A stretch of 64,000 nt of DNA from Acidimicrobiia bacterium (lineage in GTDB: Bacteria; Actinomycetota; Acidimicrobiia; Spongiisociales; UBA5794). The DNA is taken from positions 11,055 to 75,054 of the forward strand of contig JBFINP010000007.1 of assembly GCA_041611095.1 (NCBI GenBank). Reading direction: 5' to 3'. The notes beneath the pieces are model-generated. The model did no database searches. It was not told the DNA's origin and was given only the letters and a program-made list of their open reading frames with translations. Position numbers and translations under genes: made by a program. Shown here piece after piece: positions 1 through 10,180 of this stretch (its first letter is position 1; the number at the start of each line of letters is the position of its first letter).

Positions 1-2432
1 ATGCCGACCTGTGGGAGGAGGCGGGTCACAACCCGGTGCGGGTGCTCGGGCTGGTCGAGCAGGCCCGCCTCGCCGAGGCCGCCACCGATCCGGCCTTCCT
101 CGCCCACCTCCAACGTGTCGTGGATTCCTTCGAGGCCTATGCGCGTCACGACGCCACCTGGTTCCGCCGGACGCACGGCACGGGCGACGCGTTGCTCGTG
201 GCGTACTTCTCCGCTGAGTTCGGCATCACCGAGTGTCTGTCCATCTTCGCCGGAGGGCTCGGCATCCTGGCCGGCGACCACCTGAAGTCGGCCAGCGATC
301 TCGGTGTGCCGCTCGTCGGGGTCGGTCTCCTCTACCAGGAGGGGTATTTCGGTCAGCGGCTCGACGAGGCCGGCTGGCAGATCGAGTCGTTCATCAAGAA
401 CGATCTCCACAACCTCCCGATCGAGCCGGTGCGCGACGATGCGGGAGAGCCGATCACCGTCGAAGTCGCCTTCCCCGCCGGTCCCATCAAGGTTCTCGTA
501 TGGCGAGCGCAAGTAGGCCGCGTCGCCCTGTATCTCCTCGACACGAATCACCCGGACAACTCGCCCGCCGACCGTGCCATCATCCGCCAGCTCTATGGCG
601 GCGACCGAGACGACCGGATTCGCCAGGAGATCGTGCTCGGCATCGGTGGGGTGCGCGCCCTCGAGGCCCTCGGTCTGGAGCCGACGGTCTTCCACATGAA
701 CGAAGGCCACTCTGCGTTCCTCGTCTTCGAACTCATCCGTCGCCATATCGAGGATCTTGGGCTCGATTACGCGGCGGCCCGGGAGGCGGCCGCAGGTCTG
801 GTCTTCACGACCCACACGCCCGTCCCTGCGGGACATGACTACTTTCCGCCGGCGCTCATCGATCGTTACCTCGGTCACTACGCCCGCGCCGCGGGTATCG
901 CAGTGGCGGACCTCTTGGCCTTGGGCCGGCAGGACCCGACGGACGAGTTCGAGGAGTTCTGCAACACCGTGCTCGGACTGCGCACCGCGGCATACAGCAA
1001 CGGAGTGAGCCGGCTGCACGGAGCGGTGAGCCGGCAGATGTGGAGCTCCGTCTGGCCGGGTCGTCCCGAAGCCGAGGTCCCGATCGGTGCGATCACGAAC
1101 GGTGTCCATTTCGAGTCGTGGATCTCGATGGAGCTAAAAGAGCTCTACGACCGCTACCTCGGTCCCAAGTGGCGGGAAGAGCCGGCGGCGGCGTCGGTGT
1201 GGGCGCGCTCCAAGGACATCCCGCCTGCCGAGCTGTGGCGTGTCCATCAGCGCCGCCGCGACCGGCTCGTCGGTTTCGCCAGGGAGCGTCTGGCAGCGCA
1301 GCTCGCCGAGCGTGGCGCACCGCAGACGGAGATCGACGTCGCCGATGTCGTGCTCGACCCGCACGCACTCACGATCGGCTTCTCCAGGCGTTTCGCCACA
1401 TACAAGCGGGCGAACCTGCTGCTGCGGGACCCGGAGCGGCTGACTCGAATCCTCACGAACCCAGACCGGCCCGTCCAGATCATCTATGCCGGTAAGGCCC
1501 ATCCTCGCGACGACGCCGGCAAGCGGCTGATCCAATCCATCATCGAGCTCACCCGGAGACCGGAGCTGCGCCGCCACATCGTGTTCATCGCCGACTACGA
1601 CATGGCAGTGACGCGGTACCTCGTCCAGGGCGCCGACGTCTGGCTGAACACGCCCGTCCGGCCCCTCGAGGCGAGCGGCACGAGCGGAATGAAGGCGGCG
1701 GCGAACGGCGTCCTCAATCTGAGCACCCTGGATGGGTGGTGGGACGAGGCCTACGAGCCCGACGTGGGCTGGGCGATCGGCAGGCGCGAGGCGCCGGCCG
1801 ATCCCGAGGCGCGTGACCGCTTCGAGTCGCTGGCCCTGTACGACCTGCTGGAGCGCGACGTCGCACCCCTCTTCTATGAGCGAGGCGTCGATGCCCTCCC
1901 GCGGCGCTGGATCGCGCGAATGCAGCGTTCGATCGCCAGGCTCAACGGCGTCTACAACACCCACCGGATGGTGCAGGAATACACCGAGCGCTACTACCTC
2001 GCCTCCTCGAGACACAACCAGGCCATGTCTGCCGAGGGGGCGAGGCGGGCGCGGGCGCTGGCCGACTGGAAGGCTCGCGTTGTGGCGGCGTGGCCCGAGG
2101 TCCAGATCTCGGATGTGGCGGCGGAGGACCTCGAGAGCGAAGTGCGGGTCGATGAGCCGATCGAGGTCGAGGCCGTGGTGCACCTCGGCGCGCTCGAGCC
2201 CGACGACGTCGTCGTCGAGCTCTACCGGGGAAGGATCGGCGCCCAGGACGACATCGTCGACGGGATTGCGGTCCCGATGGAGCTTCAGGGTTCTGAGAGC
2301 GGCAGTTCATGGCGCTATGCGACGGCGGTGGGCTTCGAGGAGAGCGGCCGAGCCGGGTTCACCGTGAGGGTGGCTCCGCAGCATCCCGATCTGGTCTCAT
2401 CGCTGGTCCCGGGTCTCGTCGTCTGGGCCTGA
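1..2432 (+). CDS. glgP: alpha-glucan (glycogen/maltodextrin) phosphorylase, GlgP family; 5' end lies upstream of the window
   Basis: Frame 3 is open from the window edge, with ..DLWEEAGHNPV.. preceding the listed start at 36. Motifs AYFSAEFG, GGLGILAGDH and EASGTSGMKAAANG (PLP-lysine region) are present. The 798+ aa length fits the family. Confidence 0.9.
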   Translation, partial: ADLWEEAGHNPVRVLGLVEQARLAEAATDPAFLAHLQRVVDSFEAYARHDATWFRRTHGTGDALLVAYFSAEFGITECLSIFAGGLGILAGDHLKSASDLGVPLVGVGLLYQEGYFGQRLDEAGWQIESFIKNDLHNLPIEPVRDDAGEPITVEVAFPAGPIKVLVWRAQVGRVALYLLDTNHPDNSPADRAIIRQLYGGDRDDRIRQEIVLGIGGVRALEALGLEPTVFHMNEGHSAFLVFELIRRHIEDLGLDYAAAREAAAGLVFTTHTPVPAGHDYFPPALIDRYLGHYARAAGIAVADLLALGRQDPTDEFEEFCNTVLGLRTAAYSNGVSRLHGAVSRQMWSSVWPGRPEAEVPIGAITNGVHFESWISMELKELYDRYLGPKWREEPAAASVWARSKDIPPAELWRVHQRRRDRLVGFARERLAAQLAERGAPQTEIDVADVVLDPHALTIGFSRRFATYKRANLLLRDPERLTRILTNPDRPVQIIYAGKAHPRDDAGKRLIQSIIELTRRPELRRHIVFIADYDMAVTRYLVQGADVWLNTPVRPLEASGTSGMKAAANGVLNLSTLDGWWDEAYEPDVGWAIGRREAPADPEARDRFESLALYDLLERDVAPLFYERGVDALPRRWIARMQRSIARLNGVYNTHRMVQEYTERYYLASSRHNQAMSAEGARRARALADWKARVVAAWPEVQISDVAAEDLESEVRVDEPIEVEAVVHLGALEPDDVVVELYRGRIGAQDDIVDGIAVPMELQGSESGSSWRYATAVGFEESGRAGFTVRVAPQHPDLVSSLVPGLVVWA

Positions 2433-2459
2433 GCGGCACTCCATCCCAGGTCGACTCCC

Positions 2460-3182
2460 TCAGGCCAGGTCGTCGAGATACAAGGGGAGCATCGCTCGCC
2501 AGGTGGGCCAGTCGTGGTCCCACTCCCAGCCCCACTGATCGACTCGATTGGGGATGCCCTTCGCACCGAGGACGTCGGCCATGCGCCAGCTCTCGCCCGG
2601 GTCCTCCCACCGCCCGCCCGCACAAGCGAGCACGATGAATCGGGATCGCAAACGGTCCAGGGCCGGGCCGTCGAGACCGGGCACGAAGTGTTGTGGCGAG
2701 GAGAAGTAGAAGTCGTCGCTCCAGTGACCGTAGAGCCAGCTGGTCAGGTCGTAGGTTCCGCTCATGCAGATCGCCGTGCGGATGAGGTCCGGATGGCGTG
2801 TGATCAGCTCCAGAGCCCAAAACGCTCCGAGCGATGCGCCCGACGTGATGAGCTCGATGCCGCCGTCGCGACAGTCGGCGCGGATAGCGGGAACGACCTC
2901 GTCGACGATGAAGCGATCGAACTGGCCCTGTAGCCACATGGAGTGGCGGGGATCGTCCTTCATCAACCAGGAGCGCCCCGAGATCGAGTCGACCGAGTAG
3001 AGCTTGACCCGCCCTCCCGCGAGCAACGGTGCGACGGCATCGACGAGCCCGAATCGCTCGATCTCCTCCGCATCGCCGCCGGCGGTGGGGAAGACGAGCA
3101 CGGGGGTGCCGAAGGTGCCCCAGCGTGCCATCGTGACCCACTGCTCGAGCCGGTCCGAACGCCACCGCTCGACGGCCTTCAC
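2460..3182 (-). CDS. esterase family protein (PF00756-like putative esterase / esterase D type)
   Basis: 240-aa ORF with the nucleophile elbow GASLG. Overall pattern (VLVFPTAGG..., ITSGASLGAF..) matches small serine esterases. It is the last gene of a 3-gene minus-strand operon. Confidence 0.65.
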   Translation of the reverse strand: MKAVERWRSDRLEQWVTMARWGTFGTPVLVFPTAGGDAEEIERFGLVDAVAPLLAGGRVKLYSVDSISGRSWLMKDDPRHSMWLQGQFDRFIVDEVVPAIRADCRDGGIELITSGASLGAFWALELITRHPDLIRTAICMSGTYDLTSWLYGHWSDDFYFSSPQHFVPGLDGPALDRLRSRFIVLACAGGRWEDPGESWRMADVLGAKGIPNRVDQWGWEWDHDWPTWRAMLPLYLDDLA

Positions 3183-3206
3183 GGTGCGCTCCTCACCGGC
3201 CCATCC

Positions 3207-4460
3207 TCAAGAGGCGGCGTCCAGACGGTCGCGTTCGGTTTTGCGCCAGAACTGGATGAGGCCCCAGAAGTGGTCGGTGAACTCGTCGACCTCGTGCTTC
3301 GGGAACAGCGCGGCGACCTTCCACCGAATGATCTCGCGCGCTCGGACCTCTCCGAAGTACTGGTACGTGATCTCGTCCAAGTCGGCGAGGTGGGACGCAC
3401 AGAACTCCTCGAAGTGGTCCGCATCGAACCGCTTTCTCGCCAAATCGCCCAAGGCGGCCAGCCGCTCCGGGTAGTCCTCGACGGCCTCGGCGATGGCGAA
3501 GAACTCCCGCCAGTCCCGGTCGTGCCTCATCTGGCGATCGGTAGCGGCGCAGAACAGCGACCAGCGGAGAAGCGCCTTCACGAGCCACGGGATGTGATAG
3601 TGCAGCGACGTGACCTGCGAGTCGGGGTTGGCGTTGGCGAAGTCGATGGGGTGAAACACGCCATGTCGCCGCAGCGCCTCACACGAGTTGAAGTCCCACC
3701 CGAAGAAGCTGTTGATGGTCAGCGTGAGATCGATGAGCTGCTTTTGATCGTCGCCGTCGAGGAAGTCGAACGCCACCTTGTAGCGGTCGTGGATCGGAGC
3801 GTCGGGATCGTACTGGATCACGTTGACCTGAGGACCGACGCCGAGGCAGCGCACGAACAGGTCGAACGGGTCGACGGCCTGCTGGAGGTGCATGATGCGG
3901 GTTCCGGATGCGTCGTACGCCTCCTGGAGCTGCTCTGCGTTGTCGATGCGGCTCACCCCAACCCATGCCCCGCCGTCGTAGGGCTTCAAGAACATCGGGT
4001 AGCCGATCTCGTCGCCGAGTGCGGATAGGTCGAACATCCGGGCGTAGCGCTCTAACGTCACTTCGAGATCATCGGACGGCGGGTATGCCTTGGGCGGCAG
4101 CAACCACGTTGGGGGCACGGGGACGCCGAGCCGCATCATGGCCACGTATGACGTGTGCTTCTCCATCGCCTGGAGCGTGAACGGGTCGTTGAGCACGTAG
4201 AGGTCGTCGAGCACGACGGCCTTCTTGATCCACTCCCGGCTCGTGTGGTACCACGGCGTGAGCCGGTCGAGGACGACGTCGTACTTCACGTGCTGTCCGA
4301 GGTCGAACGGCTCGATGGTTATCCGATCCACGTCGAAACGCGTCGTGCGATCTGCCGTCGTCACTTCGGGTTTCATCCTGTCGAGGATGTCCTCGTAGAA
4401 CTGCGGCCAGCACAGGTCGGCGCCGAGGCTGAGACCGATGGTGCGGGTGATCTCCTTCAT
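3207..4460 (-). CDS. ATP-grasp domain protein (RimK / glutathione-synthetase-like ligase) with a C-terminal helical extension
   Basis: Start chosen at the internal ATG (MKEITRT..., cat at 4458..4460). The upstream part of the 534-aa ORF is Arg/Pro-rich junk that overlaps the neighbouring gene. The core GYPMFLKPYDGGAWVGVSRIDNAEQL is typical of ATP-grasp ligases. Confidence 0.7.
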   Translation of the reverse strand: MKEITRTIGLSLGADLCWPQFYEDILDRMKPEVTTADRTTRFDVDRITIEPFDLGQHVKYDVVLDRLTPWYHTSREWIKKAVVLDDLYVLNDPFTLQAMEKHTSYVAMMRLGVPVPPTWLLPPKAYPPSDDLEVTLERYARMFDLSALGDEIGYPMFLKPYDGGAWVGVSRIDNAEQLQEAYDASGTRIMHLQQAVDPFDLFVRCLGVGPQVNVIQYDPDAPIHDRYKVAFDFLDGDDQKQLIDLTLTINSFFGWDFNSCEALRRHGVFHPIDFANANPDSQVTSLHYHIPWLVKALLRWSLFCAATDRQMRHDRDWREFFAIAEAVEDYPERLAALGDLARKRFDADHFEEFCASHLADLDEITYQYFGEVRAREIIRWKVAALFPKHEVDEFTDHFWGLIQFWRKTERDRLDAAS

Positions 4461-4477
4461 TCCGTCACGGTACCGCT

Positions 4478-5620
4478 TCAGTCCGAGGGCGGCAGCAGCG
4501 CCCGAAGGGCATCGCCGAGGTTGTTGCGCCAGCTCTGCCAGTGGTGTCCGTCGTTGGGCTCCTCGTAGTGGACGTCCATGCCGGCGTCCCTCAGTACGGG
4601 CACGAAGACACGATTGTCGTCCCGGAGTCCTTCGTAGGCCCCACAGGCGACCCACGCTTCGTTCGCCGGAGGGCCGGGCGCCGCCGCGAACTCGGCGACG
4701 AAGTCGATCACAGGCTGCAGCTCGGGGCTCCGGTCGAATGGCCCGCCCACGGCCGTGATGAAAGTGCCGGAGAGGAGGACGAGGGATCGAAAGGCGTCGG
4801 GATAGCGCCACGCGGTGGCGAGGCTGGCGACGGCACCGAGGCTCGACCCGGCGATGATCCGTTCGGAAGGGTGGGCGCTGACGTTGAACTCCGCCACGGC
4901 GTGAGGCAGCACGTCCTCCACGACGAAGGCGCCGTGGGCAGGCAGGGCCATGTACTCACGGTTGCGGTCCACGGGGTCGAGGAGCAGCCCGACCAGTGGC
5001 TCCACGGCACCGGCGCCGATCAGGTTGTCCAGGACGGTCGTCAAGGCCGCGTACTCGAGGAGGTCGCTTCCATCGTGGAAGACCACCGTCGGGTACGGCT
5101 TCTCGGCGGGAAACCCGTTGGGGAGGTACACGGACAGCGTCCGGGGTCCGGCGAACGCAGGTGACTCGATCTCCAGCGCCTCGACCGTGCCGGGGGATGC
5201 GTCGACCGCCGGTGATGTCCACGGCGGGTCGGCGTAGCCGGGCCCGCGCGCCACCGAGTTCGCTCCGAAGGGGTCCGACGCCGTCCTCCGGTTCAGTGGA
5301 TCGACGATACGCATGGTCCGCTGGTCCGTCTCGATCTCCAGCTGGTACTCGATGCGACTTCCCGCCGGCAATTCGACCGTGACGTACCACAGGTCGGTGC
5401 CTTCGAGTCGCTCGAGCGGTGGGATCTCGGGAAAGCGCGCCATGAAGTGGACCACCCGGACGGACCTGGCGTCGCCCACATACGTGAAGGTCGATGTGCC
5501 GTCTGCCGAGAACGGGACCCCGACCCGCGTGAGGCGCCTCCGCAAGTAGGCAGGGGCCATGGAGCGGGCGGCGATGGCGAGCGGGTCGGGCAGAGGCCGA
5601 AGGGGCAGACGATCGGACAT
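4478..5620 (-). CDS. esterase family protein with an N-terminal beta-sandwich (enterochelin-esterase-N / E-set-like) domain
   Basis: 380 aa. The C-terminal half carries GSSLGAV (GxSxG) and the PF00756-like layout. The N-terminal ~110 aa ([13 protein letters not shown]...[20 protein letters not shown]) resembles an Ig-like carbohydrate/siderophore-esterase N domain. Confidence 0.65.
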   Translation of the reverse strand: MSDRLPLRPLPDPLAIAARSMAPAYLRRRLTRVGVPFSADGTSTFTYVGDARSVRVVHFMARFPEIPPLERLEGTDLWYVTVELPAGSRIEYQLEIETDQRTMRIVDPLNRRTASDPFGANSVARGPGYADPPWTSPAVDASPGTVEALEIESPAFAGPRTLSVYLPNGFPAEKPYPTVVFHDGSDLLEYAALTTVLDNLIGAGAVEPLVGLLLDPVDRNREYMALPAHGAFVVEDVLPHAVAEFNVSAHPSERIIAGSSLGAVASLATAWRYPDAFRSLVLLSGTFITAVGGPFDRSPELQPVIDFVAEFAAAPGPPANEAWVACGAYEGLRDDNRVFVPVLRDAGMDVHYEEPNDGHHWQSWRNNLGDALRALLPPSD

Positions 5621-5765
5621 GGCGGCGAAAGGCTAGTGCGGCTCGAGGCGGGCGAGACAGGGGACCAGGGGGTTGCGCGCCTGCGCCTTTCAGCTACATT
5701 GTCGATGGAAGGCGTCGCCGAAACGGCGATTTGCCCATAGTTCGAGGCGCCCCCTATCATGCCTG

Positions 5766-5796
5766 GTCCGGCCCCCACCGGGCCGGGTTTTTCTTG
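5766..5796 (+). terminator. orphan intrinsic-terminator-like hairpin upstream of rpmJ
   Basis: CCGGCCC (5768..5774), loop CCACC, GGGCCGG (5780..5786), followed by G TTTTT CTT. No annotated plus-strand gene ends upstream of it. Confidence 0.4.
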
Positions 5797-5940
5797 TGCC
5801 AAGCAAGACGGCGTCGACCGAGGTCGAGGTACACGCCGAGCGCATTCGCCACACGACGAGGGGAATTGCTCGGCGGCGACAGCGGTCACGTCCACGAGAT
5901 ACTCCGCCGCCCTCGAACGCAGGACCGCGTACCGATACTG

Positions 5941-6054
5941 ATGAAGGTTTCAGCCTCCGCCAAGAAGATGTGCGAGAAGTGCCGGGTCATCCGCCGCCAC
6001 GGTCGGGTTTGGGTGATCTGCTCCAACCCGCGCCACAAGCAACGTCAGGGGTAG
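5941..6054 (+). CDS. rpmJ: 50S ribosomal protein L36 (zinc-ribbon C-x2-C-x12-C-x5-H form)
   Basis: [37 protein letters not shown], 37 aa, ATG at 5941. Confidence 0.95.
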   Translation: MKVSASAKKMCEKCRVIRRHGRVWVICSNPRHKQRQG

Positions 6055-6057
6055 TAC

Positions 6058-6435
6058 ATGGCTCGTATCGCCGGAACCGACCTTCCACGAGACAAGCGCG
6101 TCGAGATAGGGCTCACGTACATCTTCGGCGTGGGTATGTCGACTTCGCAGGGCATCTTGCGCGATCTCAACATCAACCCGGACACGCGCGTCCGCGACCT
6201 CACCGACAGCGAGGTCGTGAGCATCCGGCAGTACATCGACGCAAACGTCCCCGTCGAGGGTGACCTGCGTCGAGAAGTTGCGCAGAACATCAAGCGGAAG
6301 ATCGAGATCGGTAGCTACCAGGGGCTGCGGCATCGGCGGGGACTACCGGTCCGGGGTCAGCGTACGCACACCAACGCCCGCACCCGCAAGGGGAAGTCGG
6401 CGCCGATCGCCGGCAAGAAAAAGGTCACCAAGTAG
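6058..6435 (+). CDS. rpsM: 30S ribosomal protein S13
   Basis: [26 protein letters not shown]..., 125 aa, 3 nt after rpmJ. Confidence 0.97.
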   Translation: MARIAGTDLPRDKRVEIGLTYIFGVGMSTSQGILRDLNINPDTRVRDLTDSEVVSIRQYIDANVPVEGDLRREVAQNIKRKIEIGSYQGLRHRRGLPVRGQRTHTNARTRKGKSAPIAGKKKVTK

Positions 6436-6451
6436 GTCGTAAGAGGTTCAC

Positions 6452-6841
6452 GTGGCGAAACAGCAGCGAGTCGGCCGCCGGAAGGTCAAGCGGAACATTC
6501 CGCACGGCCAGGCGCACATCAAGGCCAGCTTCAACAACACCATCATCACCATCACCGACCAGGAGGGCAGCGTCGTGGCGTGGACGTCAGGCGGCTCCGT
6601 CGGCTTCAAGGGTTCCCGCAAATCGACGCCCTATGCGGCGCAGGTCGCAGCCGAGCAGGCGGCACGCACGGCCGGCGAGATGGGCATTCGCAAGCTGGAC
6701 GTCATCGTGCGCGGCTCCGGCTCGGGTCGCGAGACGGCCATCCGCACGCTCCAGAACATGGGGCTCGAGGTGACGGGCATCAAGGACACCACCCCAGTAC
6801 CCCATAACGGCTGCCGTCCCAAGAAGCGGAAGCGGGGCTGA
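6452..6841 (+). CDS. rpsK: 30S ribosomal protein S11
   Basis: GTG start preceded by AAGAGG. ...[18 protein letters not shown]...[14 protein letters not shown]. Confidence 0.97.
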   Translation: MAKQQRVGRRKVKRNIPHGQAHIKASFNNTIITITDQEGSVVAWTSGGSVGFKGSRKSTPYAAQVAAEQAARTAGEMGIRKLDVIVRGSGSGRETAIRTLQNMGLEVTGIKDTTPVPHNGCRPKKRKRG

Positions 6842-6845
6842 GGCA

Positions 6846-7451
6846 ATGGCTCGTTACACCGGACCACGCACCAAGCGAAGCCGTCGCGCTCGCCAGCTCC
6901 TCGACGAGAACAAGGCGAAGTACTTCGACCGCCGGCCGTACCCGCCGGGGGAGCACGGTCGGGGACGGATCCGCGAGTCGCAATACCAGGTCCAGCTACG
7001 CGAGAAGCAGAAGCTGCGCTTCACCTACGGCGTGCTGGAGCGCCAGTTCCGCCGCTACTACGAGAAGGCGGCGCGAGCGAGGGGCATCACCGGCGAGACG
7101 CTGCTCATGCTGCTCGAGACGCGACTCGACAACGTCGTGTACCGCGCCGGGTTGGCCAGGACCCGTCCTCAGGCCCGCCAGCTCGTGAACCACGGCCACT
7201 TCCTCGTGAACGGCAAGAAGGTGGACATTCCGTCGTACCAGCTTCGCCAGGGAGACATCGTCACGATGCGCGAGCGGAGCCGTGAGCTCTTTCCGGTGCA
7301 GCAGGCCGTCGACACGCTCGACCGCCCGAAGCCGGAGTGGCTCGATATCGACAGTCGAGACCGGCGAGTCATGGTCACCAGCCTGCCGAGCCGCCAGCAG
7401 ATCGACACCCAGATCCAAGAACAGCTCGTCGTCGAGCTGTACTCGAAGTAG
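6846..7451 (+). CDS. rpsD: 30S ribosomal protein S4
   Basis: [14 protein letters not shown]...[14 protein letters not shown]..., 201 aa. Confidence 0.97.
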   Translation: MARYTGPRTKRSRRARQLLDENKAKYFDRRPYPPGEHGRGRIRESQYQVQLREKQKLRFTYGVLERQFRRYYEKAARARGITGETLLMLLETRLDNVVYRAGLARTRPQARQLVNHGHFLVNGKKVDIPSYQLRQGDIVTMRERSRELFPVQQAVDTLDRPKPEWLDIDSRDRRVMVTSLPSRQQIDTQIQEQLVVELYSK

Positions 7452-7482
7452 CCCGTTTACACCCGACACCGAGGAGCGCCCC

Positions 7483-8436
7483 GTGCTCATCGTCCAGCGA
7501 CCCAGCATCGAAGAAGAGCAGACAACCGACGTGCGATCCCGGTTCGTCGTCGAGCCGCTGGAACCAGGTTTCGGCTACACCCTCGGCAACACGCTCCGTC
7601 GCACCCTTCTGGCGCGCATTCCCGGAGCCGCCATCACCTCGGTCCGGATCGAGGGCGTCCAGCACGAGTTCTCGACCATCGAGGGAGTGGTCGAGGACGT
7701 CGTCGACTTCATCCTGAACCTCAAGCAGGTCGTGCTGCGGATGGAGACCGATGAGCCCGCCACGCTCTACCTGTCGGCCAAGGGCAAGTCCGACGTTGCG
7801 GCGTCGGATCTCAAGGTGCCGGCAGGCGTCGAGGTCGTCAACGACGACCTGCATCTCGCGTCGCTGTCGTCGTCCGGCCGCCTGGAGGTCGAGCTCACCG
7901 CCGAGCGTGGCGTCGGCTACCGCAGCGCCGATCGCAACAAGAAGAGCGACACCATCGGCGTGATCCCGATCGACTCGATCTTCTCCCCCGTCCGCAAGGT
8001 CGCCTACCGGGTGGAGAGCACCCAGGTCGGCATGATGACCGACTTCGACAAGCTGGTGCTCGACGTCGAGACCGACGGATCGGTGTCGCCGAGCGAGGCG
8101 TTGTCGTCTGCCGGCAAGACCTTGCGCGAGCTCTTCGGGTTGTTTGCCGACATGGACGAGGGCGAAGGCTTGACGCTGGGTGACGTCGTCGCCGCCGAGT
8201 CCAGCTCGCCGGACCTCGACCTTCCGATCGAGGCGCTCGACCTCAGCGAGCGGCCGCGCAACTGCCTGCGCCGCGCCCAGGTGCAGACGGTCGGCGAGCT
8301 CGTCGAGAAGACCGAGGACGACCTGCTCAACATCACCAACTTCGGCCAGAAGAGCCTCGAAGAGGTCGTGGCCAAGCTCGACGAGCTCGGGCTGTCGCTG
8401 CGATCAACGGCCGACACCGAAGGCGGATTGGCCTGA
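7483..8436 (+). CDS. rpoA: DNA-directed RNA polymerase subunit alpha
   Basis: GTG at 7483 preceded by GAGGAG (7471..7476). [11 protein letters not shown]...[23 protein letters not shown], with a C-terminal alpha-CTD ([16 protein letters not shown]). The listed 7282 start overlaps rpsD and was rejected. Confidence 0.93.
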   Translation: MLIVQRPSIEEEQTTDVRSRFVVEPLEPGFGYTLGNTLRRTLLARIPGAAITSVRIEGVQHEFSTIEGVVEDVVDFILNLKQVVLRMETDEPATLYLSAKGKSDVAASDLKVPAGVEVVNDDLHLASLSSSGRLEVELTAERGVGYRSADRNKKSDTIGVIPIDSIFSPVRKVAYRVESTQVGMMTDFDKLVLDVETDGSVSPSEALSSAGKTLRELFGLFADMDEGEGLTLGDVVAAESSSPDLDLPIEALDLSERPRNCLRRAQVQTVGELVEKTEDDLLNITNFGQKSLEEVVAKLDELGLSLRSTADTEGGLA

Positions 8437-8786
8437 TGCCGGCCCCGAAGAAGGGGCCCCGCCTCGGCGGGAGCCCTTCTCACCAGCGCAAGATCCTCGC
8501 CAATCTGGCGGCTTCCCTCATCGAGGAGGAGCGGATCACGACGACGGCGGCCAAGGCCAAGGTCCTGCGCCCCTACGTGGAGAAGATGATCACGAAGGCG
8601 CGCCGCGGTGATCTGCACGCCAGGCGTCTGGTGCTGCGCAAGATCGAGAACAGCGAGGTCGTGACCAAGCTGTTCGACGACGTGGCACCTCGCTACACCG
8701 ATCGCCCCGGGGGCTACACGCGAATCGTGAAGTTGGGACCGCGGCGCGGCGATGGCGCCGAGATGGCGCTCATCGAGCTGGTCTGA
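8436..8786 (+). CDS. rplQ: 50S ribosomal protein L17
   Basis: [25 protein letters not shown]...; the ATG overlaps the rpoA stop by 1 nt. Confidence 0.96.
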   Translation: MPAPKKGPRLGGSPSHQRKILANLAASLIEEERITTTAAKAKVLRPYVEKMITKARRGDLHARRLVLRKIENSEVVTKLFDDVAPRYTDRPGGYTRIVKLGPRRGDGAEMALIELV

Positions 8787-8830
8787 ACCTCACGACCCTC
8801 CATCGGATCCACGAAGCCGATTCGCGCCGC

Positions 8831-9373
8831 TTGGAGCTGGTGTCGCTTCTGGAGTCCTTCCTACCCACCTTGGCGGAGGTCGACCATCTCGCCGCGATGT
8901 GGGAGCTGGCCCTCCTGGATGGCGACGTCCTCGATCGCAACCACTTCGAGCCCGGTCATTTCACCGTGAGCGGGTTCGTCACCGACACCGACGTGGCAAA
9001 GGTCGCCCTCATCGAGCATCTCCGCCTCGGTCGCTGGTTGCAGCCGGGCGGGCACATCGATCCCGACGACGCCACCCTCATCGGCGCGGCCCGCCGCGAG
9101 ATCACCGAGGAGACGGGCCTGACCGAGCTCGATCCCGACCGACCCCGACTCTTCGACATCGCCGTGCACAGCATTCCGGCGCGCGGCGCAGAGCCCGCCC
9201 ACTTGCACTACGACCTGCGCTTCTGGTTCGTCGGGGAGGCCGTCCCACTGAGGGTGTCATCCGAAGTGGGTGGGCAGGCTTGGGTAGATCTCGATGCGGT
9301 CGAGCAGTGGTCGGGCGACGAGTCGGTGCACCGAGCCGTCGTGAAGCTACGCGAGCGGGGCGGCGGCGACTAG
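8831..9373 (+). CDS. NUDIX hydrolase
   Basis: Near-canonical Nudix box GGHIDPDDATLIGAARREITEETGL. The start (TTG at 8831) is uncertain. Confidence 0.7.
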   Translation: MELVSLLESFLPTLAEVDHLAAMWELALLDGDVLDRNHFEPGHFTVSGFVTDTDVAKVALIEHLRLGRWLQPGGHIDPDDATLIGAARREITEETGLTELDPDRPRLFDIAVHSIPARGAEPAHLHYDLRFWFVGEAVPLRVSSEVGGQAWVDLDAVEQWSGDESVHRAVVKLRERGGGD

Positions 9374-10074
9374 TTCCGGTACACGGTGATGTCGCCCGTG
9401 TCCGTGGCGAGGCGCACGACGTTTGCCGCGCCGGGGTCGTCGTCGATCCGCGACTCCACGCTGCCTCCGGGGGCCTGGGTGTCGAAGGCGTATCCGGCCT
9501 CGGGGAGCTGGGCGGTCACGTCGCCGTCGGCCGTCGTCGCCACGAGCATCGCCGTCGGGTCGTCGAAGCTCACGTCGATGTCGCCGCGACCCGTCTCGAA
9601 GGTGGCGTTGACCGAGGACAGCCGCGTACCGAGGACATCCCCCGTCCCGAGCGTCACGGTGATGTCGCCGATCAGCGACGTGACACCGACGTCGCCTGCC
9701 GCGGCGTCGATCGTCACGGTCCCAGTCAGGTTCGAGACCGCCACCGAGCCGTCTCCCGTCGTCACCTTGACGTCCGCCGCATCTCCCTCGACGAAGATCA
9801 TGTAGTCGACCGCGCACTCCTCGGAGTCGGTGCAGCTGTCGGCGATCGTCAGCACGCCGTCGGCGAGTTCGATCATCGGATCCGGCTCGCCGCGTAGGAT
9901 CACCGTCTCGACGGACGTTCCCGACACGTTGGCCTGCCCGGTGATCGTCACGGCACCGGCTGCGATGTCGACCTCGACCTGGGCCGGCGACTCCTCGAGC
10001 TCGAGGGTGGTACCGGAGGTGGAACACGCCGCCATCAGCAGCGCCGTCGCTGCCGCGCTCCACAACCACCGCAT
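9370..10074 (-). CDS. DUF4097-like beta-helix lipoprotein
   Basis: Start moved to MRWLWSAAATALLMAACS (lipobox LMAAC; cat at 10072..10074). Repetitive G-D-(I/V)-x-V motifs (GDITVTLGTGDV, GDIDVSF, GDVTAQL, GDITVYRN) are typical of DUF4097 adhesin-like repeats. Confidence 0.55.
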   Translation of the reverse strand: MRWLWSAAATALLMAACSTSGTTLELEESPAQVEVDIAAGAVTITGQANVSGTSVETVILRGEPDPMIELADGVLTIADSCTDSEECAVDYMIFVEGDAADVKVTTGDGSVAVSNLTGTVTIDAAAGDVGVTSLIGDITVTLGTGDVLGTRLSSVNATFETGRGDIDVSFDDPTAMLVATTADGDVTAQLPEAGYAFDTQAPGGSVESRIDDDPGAANVVRLATDTGDITVYRN

Positions 10075-10180
10075 ATGTCTCGCCTTCCGTCGGGTGCGAC
10101 GTGAGCCTAGGAGGGCACCGAAACGTGAGCAACGCGACACGACGTCGCCGACCGGTAACCTCCTCCCGACCGGAGGAGCC

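Noticed and set aside
5621-5940. Search for infA (IF-1), expected upstream of rpmJ
   Set aside because: No frame in this gap encodes an S1-like IF-1 sequence (MAKKDG.IE..G type). infA must lie elsewhere in the genome.
8752-9897. 381-aa Arg-rich plus-strand ORF
   Set aside because: It overlaps the NUDIX gene out of frame and is antisense to the DUF4097 lipoprotein. Its composition is not protein-like.
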